This document shows positions 62,985 to 64,000 of a stretch of DNA of 64,000 bases, piece after piece. The notes beneath the pieces were generated by a model, which was not told the origin of the DNA, made no database searches, and saw only the letters and a program-made list of their open reading frames with translations. Origin of the DNA: Zootoca vivipara (Eukaryota); the NCBI RefSeq assembly GCF_963506605.1, contig NC_083280.1:34100001-34164000 (forward strand), given 5' to 3'. Every line of letters starts with the position of its first letter. The first letter of the stretch is position 1. The position numbers and the translations under genes were made by a program.

Positions 62985-63307
62985 TATATTAGTTTTTAAG
63001 GTCCCGGAAGAATTTTTGTTGGTTTTGTGCATACTTCCATTCAGTTCTTTGGCAAAACAAAACTTTACTTTTGATATTATTCCAGTCCCTTCACTGGAAC
63101 ATCATACAGTTGGTGTGAATATACTCTGTCCAGCTTTTAAAACTGTATTGTTCAGAATAGAACAACAACCTTCATGTCGTTACTTCCCAGTCTTCTGATG
63201 CCCTGAGAGATAGTGAGAGACAGCAACTTTGAACAGGGAGGAGCTTCCAATTTTTAAAATACGGATTTTCTCTTATAGCTTTGAAAACCTATTTTAACAA
63301 TTACATC

Positions 63308-63517
63308 TAGTAGTCATACCTCAGGTTACAGATGCTTCAGGTTGTGCGTTTTTGGGTTGCGTACCACGGCGAACCCAGACGTACCGGAATGGGTTACTTC
63401 CGGGTTTCGGCACTCACGCATGCGCAGAAACACTAAATCACGCTTTATGCCGAAGTGTGCGTACGCAGACATGGCGCTGCGGACATGCCTCCCACACGGA
63501 TCATGTTCGCAACCCGA
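63308..63517. mobile_element. Tc1/mariner-type MITE remnant
   Basis: Degenerate AGTCATACCTCAGGTTAC start; CpG-rich body. Confidence 0.5.
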
Positions 63518-63730
63518 TATTAGATAAATTAGTTTGGTGCAAACACAATGTAGAGTTCTCTTAACTGCACTAAAATAACAAGAATAAAGGCACCTTTTTC
63601 TGCCAGTTACTGTGTTTGAATTGTTTTCAGCTGTGTAATTGCAGAGGACATCTTTCTGACTTTCAGAGTATACACTTCATTCTGTTACTGTAGATTATAA
63701 AGTCATTTTCATACTTTTATATTTTTATAG

Positions 63731-63782
63731 AGTCTACCACCCAGGAGTGCATGGAGGAAAAGTCTTTTTTTTGCCGCATCAG
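63731..63782 (+). CDS. PER2: PER2 exon (ESTTQECMEEKSFFCRIS)
   Basis: 52 nt, tttttatAG / GTGAGG; not in the ORF track. Confidence 0.93.
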
Positions 63783-64000
63783 GTGAGGCAAATTTTAAAG
63801 TCAGCCTGGGGACTAACAGATGTTTTGCTTCAATCTATTTATGTTCATTGGTAGTGGCTTAGCCGACTTACGAAGATGAATTCCAGAATCCTCACGATAA
63901 GCTGAATAGACCTTACAGTTTAAGAAGTCACCACAAAAAGCAGTTTCTAGACTGTTGCATATTCAGTAGTGGCAAGTGAGGTGGTACAGGTGGGCTCTGT

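Larger units (their letters stand above)
58839..63782 (+). other. PER2: Period circadian regulator 2, 5' coding portion (continues beyond window)
   Basis: Five in-phase exons encode the PER2-type N-terminus and PAS-A start (LQEDIEM..., KYAL, ANEEYYQLLM, DMFAVAVSL, QECMEEKSFFCRIS). Confidence 0.93.

Noticed and set aside
9938-63782. Labelling the locus VAMP3-PER3 or VAMP2-PER1 from familiar synteny
   Set aside because: The PER peptides (LQEDIEM, DMFAVAVSL, QECMEEKSFFCRIS) and the E'-box promoter are PER2-type, and the VAMP N-terminus and TM segment are not VAMP3-like.

Overview
Vertebrate genomic DNA, almost certainly a squamate and probably a lacertid lizard (Sauria SINEs, Bov-B LINEs, L2 fragments, many hAT and Tc1/mariner MITEs). 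Three spliced protein-coding genes were reconstructed by hand from GT-AG sites and reading-frame phases. (1) A minus-strand gene at about 2.3-5.5 kb encoding a Cys/His motif resembling the C17orf50 (DUF4637) C-terminus. (2) A complete 5-exon, 117-aa synaptobrevin (VAMP1/2-like) on the plus strand, 9938-31973, with a split REST/RE1 site in intron 1. (3) The promoter and first five coding exons of the clock gene PER2 (plus strand, about 45.8 kb to the window end). Highlights: the VAMP-PER2 tandem mirrors human VAMP2-PER1 and VAMP3-PER3, suggesting an additional synaptobrevin ohnolog lost in mammals. That VAMP carries Asp-to-Asn changes in both clostridial-neurotoxin recognition motifs plus a Tyr-to-Asn change. 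PER2 appears to lack the small exon encoding the N-terminal TSGCS beta-TrCP degron. Most ORFs in the supplied track are spurious or TE-derived. There is one assembly gap (32103-32230). Comparisons with other species are from memory, not from a database search.
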